The translations under genes and the position numbers were made by a program. From contig CAZPWM010000018.1 of the NCBI GenBank assembly GCA_964590575.1, positions 1 to 43,904 of the forward strand: DNA of 43,904 nt. Direction: 5' to 3'. Within the stretch, counting starts at the first letter, position 1. The number at the start of each line of letters is the position of its first letter. A model generated the notes under the pieces. It saw nothing but the letters and a program-made list of their open reading frames with translations. It did no database searches and was not told the origin of the DNA. This DNA comes from an uncultured archaeon. GTDB lineage: Archaea > Asgardarchaeota > Thorarchaeia > Thorarchaeales > Thorarchaeaceae. Below, in pieces: positions 1 to 9,463 of this stretch.

Positions 1-252
1 ACTGTTTCTTCGTGTCATAACATTAAGCCATTTTCTCACGAGATACCAAATCACTGGTACAATGACTATTGTGTCGATAATCAGAGCGGGTGCTGAAGGA
101 AATTGTAGTGCCGGGATTCCTAGTAACCAGTTGATTGGACTGATGAAAATCCAAGCGAAATAGATGAATACGACAACCATCATCACTGCAATAATGGTTC
201 CCTTGATGGGATCTCCCTGAGGATTTCTTACTCCTTCCGGAGTTTTTTTTTG
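1..252 (-). CDS. Putative -1 frameshift extension of the ChlI-like ORF, with two predicted TM helices; runs off the window edge
   Basis: -1 frame open for 84 codons to position 1 ([46 protein letters not shown]...[20 protein letters not shown]); in-frame TAA at 264-262 just upstream; A9 run at 251-243. Confidence 0.65.
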
Positions 253-1451
253 CCTTCCTGCTTACCAGATGTAGCAAACTTGCTGCCTCGACCAAACCGA
301 CCTCCACTTACTCGAGGTCCTGATTTGTCATCGTCATCTTCTTCTGGAACCTCGGTGGGAGACTTGCGCCGTTCTGTCTTCTGAGCTACTTCTGCAGCTT
401 TTGTGACAGCTTGGTCAACATCATCAGGCGACGGAGGGTCTAAGAGACCTCCTCGACGAGTTCTGTGACTAAGCACAAGCTGTGATGCAAGTTTCATATC
501 ATCTAGCGTGACCTGTGTTCTACCCTCAAGTGCAGCATTGGTAATAGCGGCTTTGCTGATAATGATATCCGGTCTCACACCATCCACTTCAAGTGCATCA
601 CATGCCATTGCAATGGCTCTAAGATTGGCGTCAGGAAGAACAACATCTTTTAGCAAGTCTTTTGCCTTAATTATTCGATCCTGAAGTTCAGACTGTGGGA
701 CCTTCCAATTTTCTCTGAACTTATCTGGATCTTCTTCGAATGCTAGATTTCTTCTAACAAGTTGCATTCTTTCCTCAATAGAGTGATTACTCCCGACTGC
801 AACGTGGAGAGGAAATCTATCCAAGAGTTGCGGCCTAAGCTCGCCCTCCTCTGGATTCATTGTACCAATTAATACAAAGTCAGAGGGATGGGCAACAGAG
901 ATTCCTTCTCGTTCTATGACGTTTATCTTAGTTGCTGCAGCATCCAAAAGATCGTCGACCAAGTGGTCGGGAAGTAGGTTCACTTCATCAACATAGAGAA
1001 CATTCTGGTGTGCTTCAGCAAGGATTCCAGGTCTCAATGCTTGAATCCCTTCTTTCAACACACGTTCTATGTCGAGTGAACCGATTAGTCGGTCTTCAGT
1101 TGTTGAGAGGGGGAGATTGACAACCCGCATCTTTCGAGATTCAGATTTGAGTCTAGTTCCAGATTCTATAGATCTTCTGCAATCAGCGCACAGAAGGTCT
1201 TGATTATTAGGATTACATCCGAATCTACATCCAGTAACAACATCCACCTCAGGCAACAAATCAGCCAAAGCTCGAACAACAGTAGTTTTTCCAGTACCCT
1301 TTGGTCCTGATATCAGGACTCCACCAATTTGTGGATTGATGCCATTGAGAATTAGGGCTAGCTTTAGTCGTTCAAGACCAACCAGTGAGGTAAAGGGTAA
1401 GGTTGTTCGTTTTAACTCGCCCATAAGCATCCCAATATGTTGTACTTCCAT
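228..1451 (-). CDS. ChlI/BchI-type (Mg/Co chelatase subunit I family) AAA+ ATPase
   Basis: Walker [32 protein letters not shown], Walker [30 protein letters not shown]; Pro/acidic C-terminal linker as in ChlD. Confidence 0.92.
   Translation of the reverse strand: MEVQHIGMLMGELKRTTLPFTSLVGLERLKLALILNGINPQIGGVLISGPKGTGKTTVVRALADLLPEVDVVTGCRFGCNPNNQDLLCADCRRSIESGTRLKSESRKMRVVNLPLSTTEDRLIGSLDIERVLKEGIQALRPGILAEAHQNVLYVDEVNLLPDHLVDDLLDAAATKINVIEREGISVAHPSDFVLIGTMNPEEGELRPQLLDRFPLHVAVGSNHSIEERMQLVRRNLAFEEDPDKFRENWKVPQSELQDRIIKAKDLLKDVVLPDANLRAIAMACDALEVDGVRPDIIISKAAITNAALEGRTQVTLDDMKLASQLVLSHRTRRGGLLDPPSPDDVDQAVTKAAEVAQKTERRKSPTEVPEEDDDDKSGPRVSGGRFGRGSKFATSGKQEGKKKLRKE
230..251 (-). other. Candidate frameshift signal: A9 slippery run plus ACTCC-GGAA-GGAGT hairpin
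   Basis: Minus strand reads GGC AAA AAA AAA CTC CGG AAG GAG TAA. Confidence 0.6.
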
Positions 1452-1496
1452 GAAATCAGAGTGACAGGTACAAATAAGGCTAAGTGTTGATGTAAT

Positions 1497-2666
1497 ATGG
1501 TGAGTCTTTTGATATCACACATATCACACCTGGAATGTCCGCAATGCAGAAGAAAACATTCACCTGAGAGTGCCGCTTCAATATGTATATGTGGATCACC
1601 CCTTTTTGCAGTCTATGACCTTGTTGGGGTGAGAGAGGGGCTGGTTAAGAACGAATTTCCATCAAATATGAATTCGATGTGGAGATATTCACAACTTTTA
1701 CCTGTAAAATCCCCTTCATGCGTTGTCAGCCTTGGAGAGGGATGGACACCTTTACTCCTGTCAAGGCGTTTGGGAAAACACCTAGGCCTTCAAATGCTTC
1801 GTATCAAAGACGAAGCCCAAAACCCAACCACAAGTTTCAAAGACAGAGGAATTTGTGCAGCGGTTTCTAGGCACTTCGAGCTAGGTGCAAAGGCGTTTGC
1901 TTTACCTTCAGCAGGTAATGCAGCGGTCTCTGCTAGTGCATATGCCGCAGCAGCTGGACTCAAAGCTCATATCTTCATGCCTAACGACACTCCTGAACCA
2001 TTCTTCCAGCAATGTGATTTATTTGGAGCAGTAACAACTCGAGTGGATGGTACTATATCAGATGCGGGGAAGGCTATGAGGGAAAAGAATGGGGAATGGA
2101 CAGATCTCTCAACCACAAAGGAACCATATCGCGTCGAGGGCAAGAAAACTATTGGTTTCGAAATTTGTGAACAAATGGGTTGGTCATTACCTGATGCGAT
2201 AATCTGCCCCACAGGAGGAGGTACTGCAATCATTGGAATCTGGAAGGCGTTTGATGAGCTCGAAGCGATAGGATTGATAGGCTCTAAACGCCCACGTATG
2301 TATGCCGCACAGAGTGAGGGGTGTGCACCGATTGTCCGAGCAATAGAGAAAGGAACCGATGAAATCGCACCTTGGGTGGATGGCGAAACAAAAGCCCTAG
2401 GATTGAGAGTACCTAGTCCATTCGCAGGAAGACTCATTCTGCATTCTATTAGAAGCTCAGGGGGCAGTGCAGTAGCAGTGGCTGAGCAAGAGATTGAACC
2501 TACTAGAAGAACAGCTTCTAAATTTGAAGGATTAGATATTTGTCCCGAGACAGCTGTCGGTATCTGTGGTTTGCGTAACCTAATCGAATCAGGAAAGATT
2601 GACTATGATGAAGATGTGGTTCTTCTGAATACAGGAAGCGCAGCTAGGTATACAAACAACAAATGA
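1497..2666 (+). CDS. thrC: Threonine synthase (PLP fold type II)
   Basis: N-terminal Zn ribbon, [19 protein letters not shown] (PLP lysine), [23 protein letters not shown]. Confidence 0.88.
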   Translation: MVSLLISHISHLECPQCRRKHSPESAASICICGSPLFAVYDLVGVREGLVKNEFPSNMNSMWRYSQLLPVKSPSCVVSLGEGWTPLLLSRRLGKHLGLQMLRIKDEAQNPTTSFKDRGICAAVSRHFELGAKAFALPSAGNAAVSASAYAAAAGLKAHIFMPNDTPEPFFQQCDLFGAVTTRVDGTISDAGKAMREKNGEWTDLSTTKEPYRVEGKKTIGFEICEQMGWSLPDAIICPTGGGTAIIGIWKAFDELEAIGLIGSKRPRMYAAQSEGCAPIVRAIEKGTDEIAPWVDGETKALGLRVPSPFAGRLILHSIRSSGGSAVAVAEQEIEPTRRTASKFEGLDICPETAVGICGLRNLIESGKIDYDEDVVLLNTGSAARYTNNK

Positions 2667-2734
2667 TAGGTGCGCAGAAAACCATCATTATTAATAGTCA
2701 GGATGAAAAACACTCAGAATAGTTAAGAGAACCC

Positions 2735-3901
2735 ATGGGGGAAATTCAAATCGAACAGTCGATGGACAATCATGAGCAGTTTCATGGAGTAAAAGACTCT
2801 CTGGTTGCTGGTAGAAAGGAACTGGTTTTTTTCTTAGGAATACTGATTTTCTATTTCTATCTGAGATTTACGGGATTGGAACCAACAATCGTACTCATTC
2901 TCGGAATCATTGGAGGCGTATGGCTTGCCTTTAGACCTTCAGAGTGGGCTGTTGAAGGTTTTGAAAGTGCAGCTGGACATCTTGGTTTCACTGCGTATGT
3001 AGCAGGAATGCTATCTAGTCTAGCAAGCAATCTGCCAGAAGCTGTCATAAGTGGAATAGCAGCTTTCAATGGATGGACAACTGGAAATCAAGATTTGCTA
3101 GATATCGCTGTGCTGTCAATTCTTATTGCTGCAGGATTTAACATGATGCTTCTTGGAATCACAATTATCATTTCCACGAGAGGGAAAGAGGATATGGATG
3201 TTCCTGAAGAAGCTATCAAAAAGGATTCAGTTTTGATCAGGTGGACTATTGTGGCTCTATTGAGTATGTTTGCTCTTGGTGTGTTAGATATGGCATCTGC
3301 GGATGCACCTCTAAATCCGAGATTTCCAGTAGTTGCATCTTTCGTCTTGTTCCTCTCATATATTATCTATGCTTCAGTATTGGTCACAGGAGATGTTGTT
3401 GAGGATACTGAGAAGACTAAGGCTACCCATTCAAAGAAAACCGCGACCATTCTTGCAGTAATGGGATTCATAGGCATATTCTTCGCAGGTGAAATTCTCA
3501 CACATTCTGTTGAGATGCTCCTTATAGATTATCACGATGCTATTAGTGTGATAGGCAATCAAGTGGCAATTGCAGCTCTCATACTTGGTGCGGCTGGTGC
3601 ACTCCCTGAACATGGGATTGCAATAGTTGCGGCTGTAAAAGGTAAGGTGGGACTTGCGGTTGGTAATCTGATTGGAGGGATCCTGCAGATTGTATTGCTC
3701 ATCATGGGAGGGATAGGTATGTTTGTGCCAATCCCATTAGACAGATATGTCCTGTTTCAGATTATGGTGATAGCAGGAAGTCTATGGTTCCTGAAACGAG
3801 CAATAACCGATGATCACAAACTGGACTTCTTTGAAGGTGCGATGATCATTTTGCTTCAAGCATATGTCTTCGTACTCCTTATTGCCGGGACTCCGATATG
3901 A
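2735..3901 (+). CDS. Ca2+/cation (Na+/Ca2+ or Ca2+/H+) exchanger family membrane protein
   Basis: About 10-11 TM helices with alpha-repeat motifs ASNLPEAV and GALPEH...GNLIG. Confidence 0.8.
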   Translation: MGEIQIEQSMDNHEQFHGVKDSLVAGRKELVFFLGILIFYFYLRFTGLEPTIVLILGIIGGVWLAFRPSEWAVEGFESAAGHLGFTAYVAGMLSSLASNLPEAVISGIAAFNGWTTGNQDLLDIAVLSILIAAGFNMMLLGITIIISTRGKEDMDVPEEAIKKDSVLIRWTIVALLSMFALGVLDMASADAPLNPRFPVVASFVLFLSYIIYASVLVTGDVVEDTEKTKATHSKKTATILAVMGFIGIFFAGEILTHSVEMLLIDYHDAISVIGNQVAIAALILGAAGALPEHGIAIVAAVKGKVGLAVGNLIGGILQIVLLIMGGIGMFVPIPLDRYVLFQIMVIAGSLWFLKRAITDDHKLDFFEGAMIILLQAYVFVLLIAGTPI

Positions 3902-4526
3902 CATGAGGTATTATGACTCTAAGGTCATCTTCATGGATGACAACATCTGCAGCATCAGCCACTTCTTGGTCTTCAGGGTTGTAAGCTATTGATAGGCCTA
4001 CAACTTTGAAAACACTTACATCATTGCGACCATCTCCAACAAAAGCAGTCTTCTCGAGGGGAATTTCAAAATGGTTGCATATCTGCTGAATGCTCTTAGC
4101 TTTATCACCCCATGCAACAAGGTTGTCAACTTTGCCAGTTAAAATTCCATCTTGATGGTGGAGTATGTTAGTTAGAACATACTCGATCCCCAGTCTCCGG
4201 CCAATTTCATTAGCCATTATATCTAAACCTCCCGAGAGAATAGCAGTCTTCAAACCTTTGTCGTTCAATGTTTGGATTGTCTCTCTCGCCCCAGGAGATA
4301 GTTGAGTCGATTGCACGACCTTCATCACTTCTTCAAGAGTTCTACCTTTCCAAAGTCCAGCATCAAGATCAGCCCAATCATCGTAACTGATATCTCCTGC
4401 AAAATATTGGTCGTAGTATATCTTGCCTTCTACCGTTGTATCAAAGTGCTCGTGCAATCTCCACCAAACACTACTGTGTTTAGTGAGGGTTCCATCAACA
4501 TCAAAAACAACTAATTGAATAACCAA
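3879..4526 (-). CDS. HAD-IB phosphatase, phosphoserine phosphatase-like
   Basis: FDVDGTL, ILSGG, conserved K, GDGRND motifs. Confidence 0.85.
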   Translation of the reverse strand: MVIQLVVFDVDGTLTKHSSVWWRLHEHFDTTVEGKIYYDQYFAGDISYDDWADLDAGLWKGRTLEEVMKVVQSTQLSPGARETIQTLNDKGLKTAILSGGLDIMANEIGRRLGIEYVLTNILHHQDGILTGKVDNLVAWGDKAKSIQQICNHFEIPLEKTAFVGDGRNDVSVFKVVGLSIAYNPEDQEVADAADVVIHEDDLRVIIPHVISESRQ

Positions 4527-4563
4527 TCTCGACTACACCTGAAAATTAATTGATGAATTGAAA

Positions 4564-5229
4564 TTAACTCTCTTTTTCACGAGCTCGTTCTTCACGGGCT
4601 TCCTTCTCCAGGTCAGCGAGCAGTTCATCAATCCGTTTCTCATCCGAACGTTCTGCTTTGCCAGTTTTTACAGGCATTGCTCCATCAGTCTCAAGTGGTG
4701 GAAGGACACCCTCTTTTTCGAGCAATACCTCGGCTTCCATAGCTTCCAACTGACGATCTATCCGCTCCTCATCCTCAATGGTCGAGTCAGCTCCCGACAA
4801 ATCTTCGGAGAGTAGCTCTCCAGCGATAGAGATGTGTTCGAAGGATTCTGAGAGCTTGTCGAGTTGCGTTTGGATTTCTTCTGGTCGCAACATTGATCGA
4901 GCTTCAGTGAGTGCATCATTAGCAATGGTGAAAGCTCTGAGGACTTCAGTCTGGGTCTTGGCTTCCTCCAAGTTAAGTAGCGCAGTTTCTAGTGTTAGGA
5001 ACTGCTGCTGATAACGAGACCTTCTATTTTCAAGATCAACAACTATGCCAAGATGGGAACGTGCCATTGAACGATTGCCTTGAGACATAGCATCCTTTGC
5101 TGACTTTTGTTCCTCTGTCATCCTGGTCTCAAGTCTACGCATCCTTAGCGTCAGGGCATTCATTGTACCCTTCATCTCAAGGATTCCACGTTCTGCATCA
5201 ACCTTTTTTTTCCCACTCAGAAAACCCAT
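4564..5229 (-). CDS. Snf7/ESCRT-III family protein
   Basis: Likely start MGFLSGKKK at 5229; basic helical-hairpin N-terminus (AKDAMSQGNRSMARSHL), acidic C-half, IEDEERIDRQLEAMEAE helix-5-like segment, VLPPL. Confidence 0.8.
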   Translation of the reverse strand: MGFLSGKKKVDAERGILEMKGTMNALTLRMRRLETRMTEEQKSAKDAMSQGNRSMARSHLGIVVDLENRRSRYQQQFLTLETALLNLEEAKTQTEVLRAFTIANDALTEARSMLRPEEIQTQLDKLSESFEHISIAGELLSEDLSGADSTIEDEERIDRQLEAMEAEVLLEKEGVLPPLETDGAMPVKTGKAERSDEKRIDELLADLEKEAREERAREKES

Positions 5230-5346
5230 TTGTTCCACCAAGTTTGGCTTTTCAATTCTAACTCTTGAATTGACGCATTTAAGGTATTGTAATTCCAACC
5301 CAACAAGTGATATAGAGAAAGCAAATACCAGCAAAGTGATGTTAGA

Positions 5347-6159
5347 ATGAGTCTACTTAAGACATTGCGAGCTGCAGTGGATAGTGCCAAGAGGGTCATA
5401 ATTGAGAATCTTGACATAGCAACAGAACGCACCGGTATTCTGAACCCATACGGAGACAAGACCCTCCTATTAGATGTCAAAGCTGAAGACGCAATAATCA
5501 ACGTGCTTTCTAGTTCTGGTACTATCTTTGAGATTCTAACCGAGGAAAAAGGGTTCATCAAGAATGATAAGACACCTGAATACCTTGCACTGATTGATCC
5601 AATCGATGGCTCAGCAAACCTCGAAAGAGGAATTCCTCTTGTGTCAATTGGAATCTCTATTGTCCCTTTCAAAGATATGATGACATCAGATGATGCAGAG
5701 ATAAGTGTGATAGAATCAGTCTTTACAGATGAGACCTATGTGGCTGTTAGAGGTAAAGGGGTAACAAGAAATGGATTACATGTTAGACCATCTCCTCCAG
5801 TCGAACTCAAAGATGCAATAATCTCATACGATATGAAGAGGACTTGGGACTTGGAGTTTATGGAGCAGTCATTGAGAACAATCAGTGCTGTGCATGACAT
5901 AAGAAGAACTGCTAGCAATCTTCTAGATCTTTGTTGGACTGCATCAGGATATCTTGATGGAATGGTAGACCTAAGAAATATGTTACCCATCATACATCTC
6001 TGTGGTACCCACATTGTTTTTGAAGCAGGGGGATTCGTTCTTAATCAAAATGGAAGCCGATTCCAGATTTCACTTGAACCTCAGAATATGATGAATTTCA
6101 TAGCAGCATCCAACGAAACTCTAGCAAGACAAATCTTAGCTAGATTCAACGGAAGCTAA
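5347..6159 (+). CDS. Inositol monophosphatase/FBPase family protein
   Basis: GDKT...DVKAED, LTEE, IDPIDGS; the C-terminal (W/T)DxAAG motif is altered to IHLCG. Confidence 0.85.
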   Translation: MSLLKTLRAAVDSAKRVIIENLDIATERTGILNPYGDKTLLLDVKAEDAIINVLSSSGTIFEILTEEKGFIKNDKTPEYLALIDPIDGSANLERGIPLVSIGISIVPFKDMMTSDDAEISVIESVFTDETYVAVRGKGVTRNGLHVRPSPPVELKDAIISYDMKRTWDLEFMEQSLRTISAVHDIRRTASNLLDLCWTASGYLDGMVDLRNMLPIIHLCGTHIVFEAGGFVLNQNGSRFQISLEPQNMMNFIAASNETLARQILARFNGS

Positions 6160-6218
6160 CAATTCAGACATATGCGACGCTTTATTAGAATCATAGAAGG
6201 GCAACGGTTTTGATAACA

Positions 6219-7028
6219 ATGTCAAAACCTCCAATACCGACAGAGATTGCAGAGAATATGAAGGGTATCAAACATAAGATCGTTATCCTTTCTGGTAAGG
6301 GTGGTGTAGGGAAAACAACAGTTGCAGCTAATCTTGCAGTATCGTTTGCAAAGAGAGGCAAGAGTGTAGGAATCGTTGACGTGGACATTTACGGACCTAA
6401 TGTACCCAAACTATTAGGGCTAGAGGGCCAGCATCCCACCGTAGATGGAGATTTCATTCTACCCGTCACTGGTCCTCAAAATGTCAAAGTGATGAGTATG
6501 GGATTTCTTCTTAGAAAAGATGATGACGCAGTCGCTTGGCGTGGACCATTAGTCGCAAAAGCAATCACGCAGTTTCTTGCTAATGTTCGATGGGGAGAAC
6601 TTGATGTATTAGTTGTGGATCTCCCGCCAGGAACAGGAGACGAGATTCTGAGCATTCTGCAATCAATCCCTGATATCGATGGAGTCGTCATTGTTTCAAC
6701 ACCACAAGAGGTAGCAGTCCTTGATGCACGACGAGCAATCCAGTTAGTTGAGAAAATGGGTGTGCCAGTACTAGGGATTGTTGAGAATATGTCGGAGTTT
6801 GTATGTCCTAAATGTGGTGAGTCCTACAATCTCTTCGGAGAGGGTGCAGTCAAGAAAGCATCTAAAGAGTATGGCATTGATCATCTCGGTACCTTGCCTC
6901 TTGATCCCCGTGTTATCACATTGAGTGATGAAGGAACTCCTTTTGTTATCAAAGAGCCTGAATCAAAGGCATCTCAATCATTCTCAGCTCTTGTCGATAA
7001 GCTAGCCAAAAAGACCAAGATGGAGTAG
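6219..7028 (+). CDS. mrp: Mrp/NBP35 Fe-S cluster carrier ATPase
   Basis: SGKGGVGKT, DVDIYGPN, WRGP, DLPPGTGD, TPQ, GIVENMS, CPKC. Confidence 0.93.
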   Translation: MSKPPIPTEIAENMKGIKHKIVILSGKGGVGKTTVAANLAVSFAKRGKSVGIVDVDIYGPNVPKLLGLEGQHPTVDGDFILPVTGPQNVKVMSMGFLLRKDDDAVAWRGPLVAKAITQFLANVRWGELDVLVVDLPPGTGDEILSILQSIPDIDGVVIVSTPQEVAVLDARRAIQLVEKMGVPVLGIVENMSEFVCPKCGESYNLFGEGAVKKASKEYGIDHLGTLPLDPRVITLSDEGTPFVIKEPESKASQSFSALVDKLAKKTKME

Positions 7029-7054
7029 TTATCGCGATTACGAAGAGGATTGGG

Positions 7055-7552
7055 TCAGTCCTCTTCTTCAAACTCTTCTTCGTTGTCATCAACATCATCG
7101 GTAGTCAATTCTTCTGCATCCTCTTCAAGCAGCGCCTCGACTTCTTCCTCAAGCACTTCCTCGACTTCTTCTACTTCTTCGCTAACCAGGAACTCTCCCT
7201 CTTCTTCAGCCTCTTCTGATTCATCATCTTCAAAATCCTCTTGAACAATTGTCCCGGGTTTCAACCTGAGGATGTATACATAGCCAAGTATGAAACTTAC
7301 AAGACCAAGTAGTAATGTTAACCAGAAAGCACCATCGATGCCAACCCATCTTACGGGGTCAAGGGCAAGCTCATTCCTCGGTAAACCAAAAGCAATGGTC
7401 TGGAACCACATTGGAATTACAAACACTAAAGGAATGCAGATAATCACAAGCAAAACAATGGACATGATAATCTCAGTTGTGTAATTCAAGATTCGTCTTA
7501 GTGTGCTGTCAACAGCTTTCCTTGCCACAGACAATTTCACTCGCCTTGGCAT
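7055..7552 (-). CDS. Hypothetical membrane protein, 2 TM with very acidic C-terminal tail
   Basis: Two hydrophobic segments followed by about 60 aa rich in E/D. Confidence 0.7.
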   Translation of the reverse strand: MPRRVKLSVARKAVDSTLRRILNYTTEIIMSIVLLVIICIPLVFVIPMWFQTIAFGLPRNELALDPVRWVGIDGAFWLTLLLGLVSFILGYVYILRLKPGTIVQEDFEDDESEEAEEEGEFLVSEEVEEVEEVLEEEVEALLEEDAEELTTDDVDDNEEEFEEED

Positions 7553-7658
7553 GGCACAAGTTGAACTCCATTAAAACCTTCTGGCTCAGAAATGTTTGTA
7601 CAAAAAGAATAGCGAAGACCTTATTGCTACTCAGTTAAAATGAACACAAGGTAGAAGT

Positions 7659-8147
7659 ATGAAGCCAAGTCAATGTCTGAGATGTGGGAGTACAGATCTT
7701 CAATATGGTGTAATCTATGATTATTGGGAGGCTGGTAAATCCCGGATGACATTCAATTGGAAACGTGAATCTGCACTTGGACCCGATTACGTTCCATTAG
7801 AAGCGATTCTGTGCAAATCCTGCGGCCATATTGAATTGATTGCCGATTTTGAAGTATTCATTCCAAAAACTAGGAGAGAGTGCCCCCATTGCCATGCGCT
7901 CTATTCGTACCGCCTGGACTTGGAACAATCTCAAAATACTGTCAGATGTCCAAACTGCAATAAAGAGTTTATAATTTATCCACCAAAGAAATGTCCTTCA
8001 TGTGGAGCTGTTTATCTCTATAATCAAGCGGATGTTGTTGAGGAAACCATCGTTTGTCAAAACTGCGGGAAGTCCTTTCTATTCCATGATTCAGACGAGT
8101 CTAGTGAATTAATTAGCGATAGTGAAGAAGACTTAATCGAAGAATGA
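7659..8147 (+). CDS. Multi zinc-ribbon protein
   Basis: Six CxxC motifs (CLRC, CKSC, CPHC, CPNC, CPSC, CQNC); the last two ribbons are tandem repeats. Confidence 0.75.
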   Translation: MKPSQCLRCGSTDLQYGVIYDYWEAGKSRMTFNWKRESALGPDYVPLEAILCKSCGHIELIADFEVFIPKTRRECPHCHALYSYRLDLEQSQNTVRCPNCNKEFIIYPPKKCPSCGAVYLYNQADVVEETIVCQNCGKSFLFHDSDESSELISDSEEDLIEE

Positions 8148-8149
8148 GG

Positions 8150-8250
8150 TGAGGGGGGGTCCGAAAAACAGGCGATATTTCGCCAGTCGGACGTTTGAGA
8201 GAGGGGAGGGAGTGACAGTATTCATGATGATCGCGAATCGGACCCCCACA
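8150..8250 (-). ncRNA. Candidate structured small RNA
   Basis: 10-bp terminal stem GGGGGTCCGA (8155-8164)/TCGGACCCCC (8238-8247), internal GGCGA-TATT-TCGCC hairpin, minus-strand CTTATA about 25 nt upstream. Confidence 0.4.
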
Positions 8251-8454
8251 AATAAGAATATGAATTATTAGCATATAAGTATTGCTCATATCATGATTCA
8301 AATCAGGAACCTTATGGCACTCGTTAACCCCTTGCTATAGTAAACGAAAAGATGATCTCTCATGCCAACTTTTTCAAATCAATTTCAACGGTCTACCAAA
8401 GAAAATGAATTTATTGAAGCCAACTATTGTTACTCATGTACAGAAAATTGAATC

Positions 8455-8545
8455 ATGAGAATGAGGAGGAAGAGAAAGGGAGCCCATAGAGAACATGGAA
8501 AGGAGGAGAGAAACTGCTTCTGAGAGAGAAAGGCTCCCTGGCCCT
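8455..8545 (-). ncRNA. Candidate structured small RNA, CU-rich on the minus strand
   Basis: 8-bp stem AGGGAGCC (8477-8484)/GGCTCCCT (8532-8539); minus-strand CTTAAATATA at 8576-8567. Confidence 0.35.
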
Positions 8546-8664
8546 TACAATTACTATTGTTTGGAATATATTTAAGCAAATGTCGTCTTGCGGATGAAAC
8601 TACTATAAAAAACAGTGATTTCACAATACAAAAAGGTCAAAAATACGTCAGTAGGTGTGCCCTC

Positions 8665-8994
8665 ATGCCAGAGCTAGAGATTGAAGACATCATAATTGGA
8701 TCCGGCGAGTCACCGAAGCAGGGTCAGACAGTTGTGGTCCATTACACTGGTTGGTTGACAGATGGAAAGAAGTTTGACAGTTCAGTAGACAGAGGGCAAC
8801 CCTTCGAGTTTCAAATTGGCGTTGGTCAAGTCATCCAAGGATGGGACCAAGGTGTTCTCTCGATGAAGATTGGGGGAAAAAGGAAACTCATTATCCCCCC
8901 AGAGCTAGCTTATGGAGACAGTGATGTTGGTGGGGGGCTCATACCTGCAAATTCTACTCTTGTATTTGAGGTCGAATTGCTGGGTCTAAAATGA
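8665..8994 (+). CDS. FKBP-type peptidyl-prolyl cis-trans isomerase
   Basis: VHYTGWLTDGKKFDSS, GQVIQGWDQG, IPPELAYG, IPANSTLVFEVELL; likely ATG at 8665. Confidence 0.95.
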   Translation: MPELEIEDIIIGSGESPKQGQTVVVHYTGWLTDGKKFDSSVDRGQPFEFQIGVGQVIQGWDQGVLSMKIGGKRKLIIPPELAYGDSDVGGGLIPANSTLVFEVELLGLK

Positions 8995-9067
8995 GCCTTG
9001 AGAAGGATCAAAATAGAAGAAGAGTCTATATTCGTTCATGCAAACCTTCTCTCAGGAGAGCTGAAGC

Positions 9068-9424
9068 TTGAAGACACTCAACTTTGATGTCCAGTATCTA
9101 AACAGGGTCATCGACTACTTAACTCACAACTACTCAACAGTAACAAGGAAAGTATCAAACACTGAACACGGAGTAATTGCCATTTTCATTCATGAGGAGT
9201 ATGTGTTCAGGACAGGATCATATCAGACACTCACCACAATTGTGGAGTCAAGAAACGATTTTGGAGAAGCGACAATCACTATTGTTGGAAGTGGAGGCGG
9301 TGGGGGAATCTGCAATTTTAATTGGGGCTCTCAATCAGCTGGTGAGGACACGCTCATAAAGAATATTCAAAATCTAATCCACCACCATGGTGGACAGTAT
9401 GATGATGGATATTGGGATATTTGA
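9068..9424 (+). CDS. Hypothetical protein, DUF6054-like
   Basis: EEYVFRTGSYQTLT...IVGSGGGGG...WGSQ pattern. Confidence 0.55.
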   Translation: MKTLNFDVQYLNRVIDYLTHNYSTVTRKVSNTEHGVIAIFIHEEYVFRTGSYQTLTTIVESRNDFGEATITIVGSGGGGGICNFNWGSQSAGEDTLIKNIQNLIHHHGGQYDDGYWDI

Positions 9425-9463
9425 TTATCGGGATATAATATTCCAAAAAAATTGGTAGGTGTT

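Noticed and set aside
23-307. 94-aa ORF overlapping the ChlI 3' end (+1 frame)
   Set aside because: Not protein-like and terminates at 23; the -1 frame is the more plausible continuation
228-1451. Evidence for chlorophyll synthesis
   Set aside because: ChlI-type ATPases are widespread in non-phototrophic archaea; no chlH/cobN or pigment genes are in the window
5204-5214. GGG AAA AAA AAG slippery-like run in the Snf7 gene
   Set aside because: Encodes an in-frame GKKK and the ORF is complete without a shift
7050-7244. Ser-rich plus-strand ORF
   Set aside because: Antisense shadow of the Glu-rich tail of 7055-7552
8224-8230. ATGATGA box C-like motif suggesting a C/D guide RNA; SECIS readthrough of the TGA at 8145 also considered
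   Set aside because: No suitably placed CTGA box D on the same strand; the TGA follows an acidic tail and not a Cys-equivalent position
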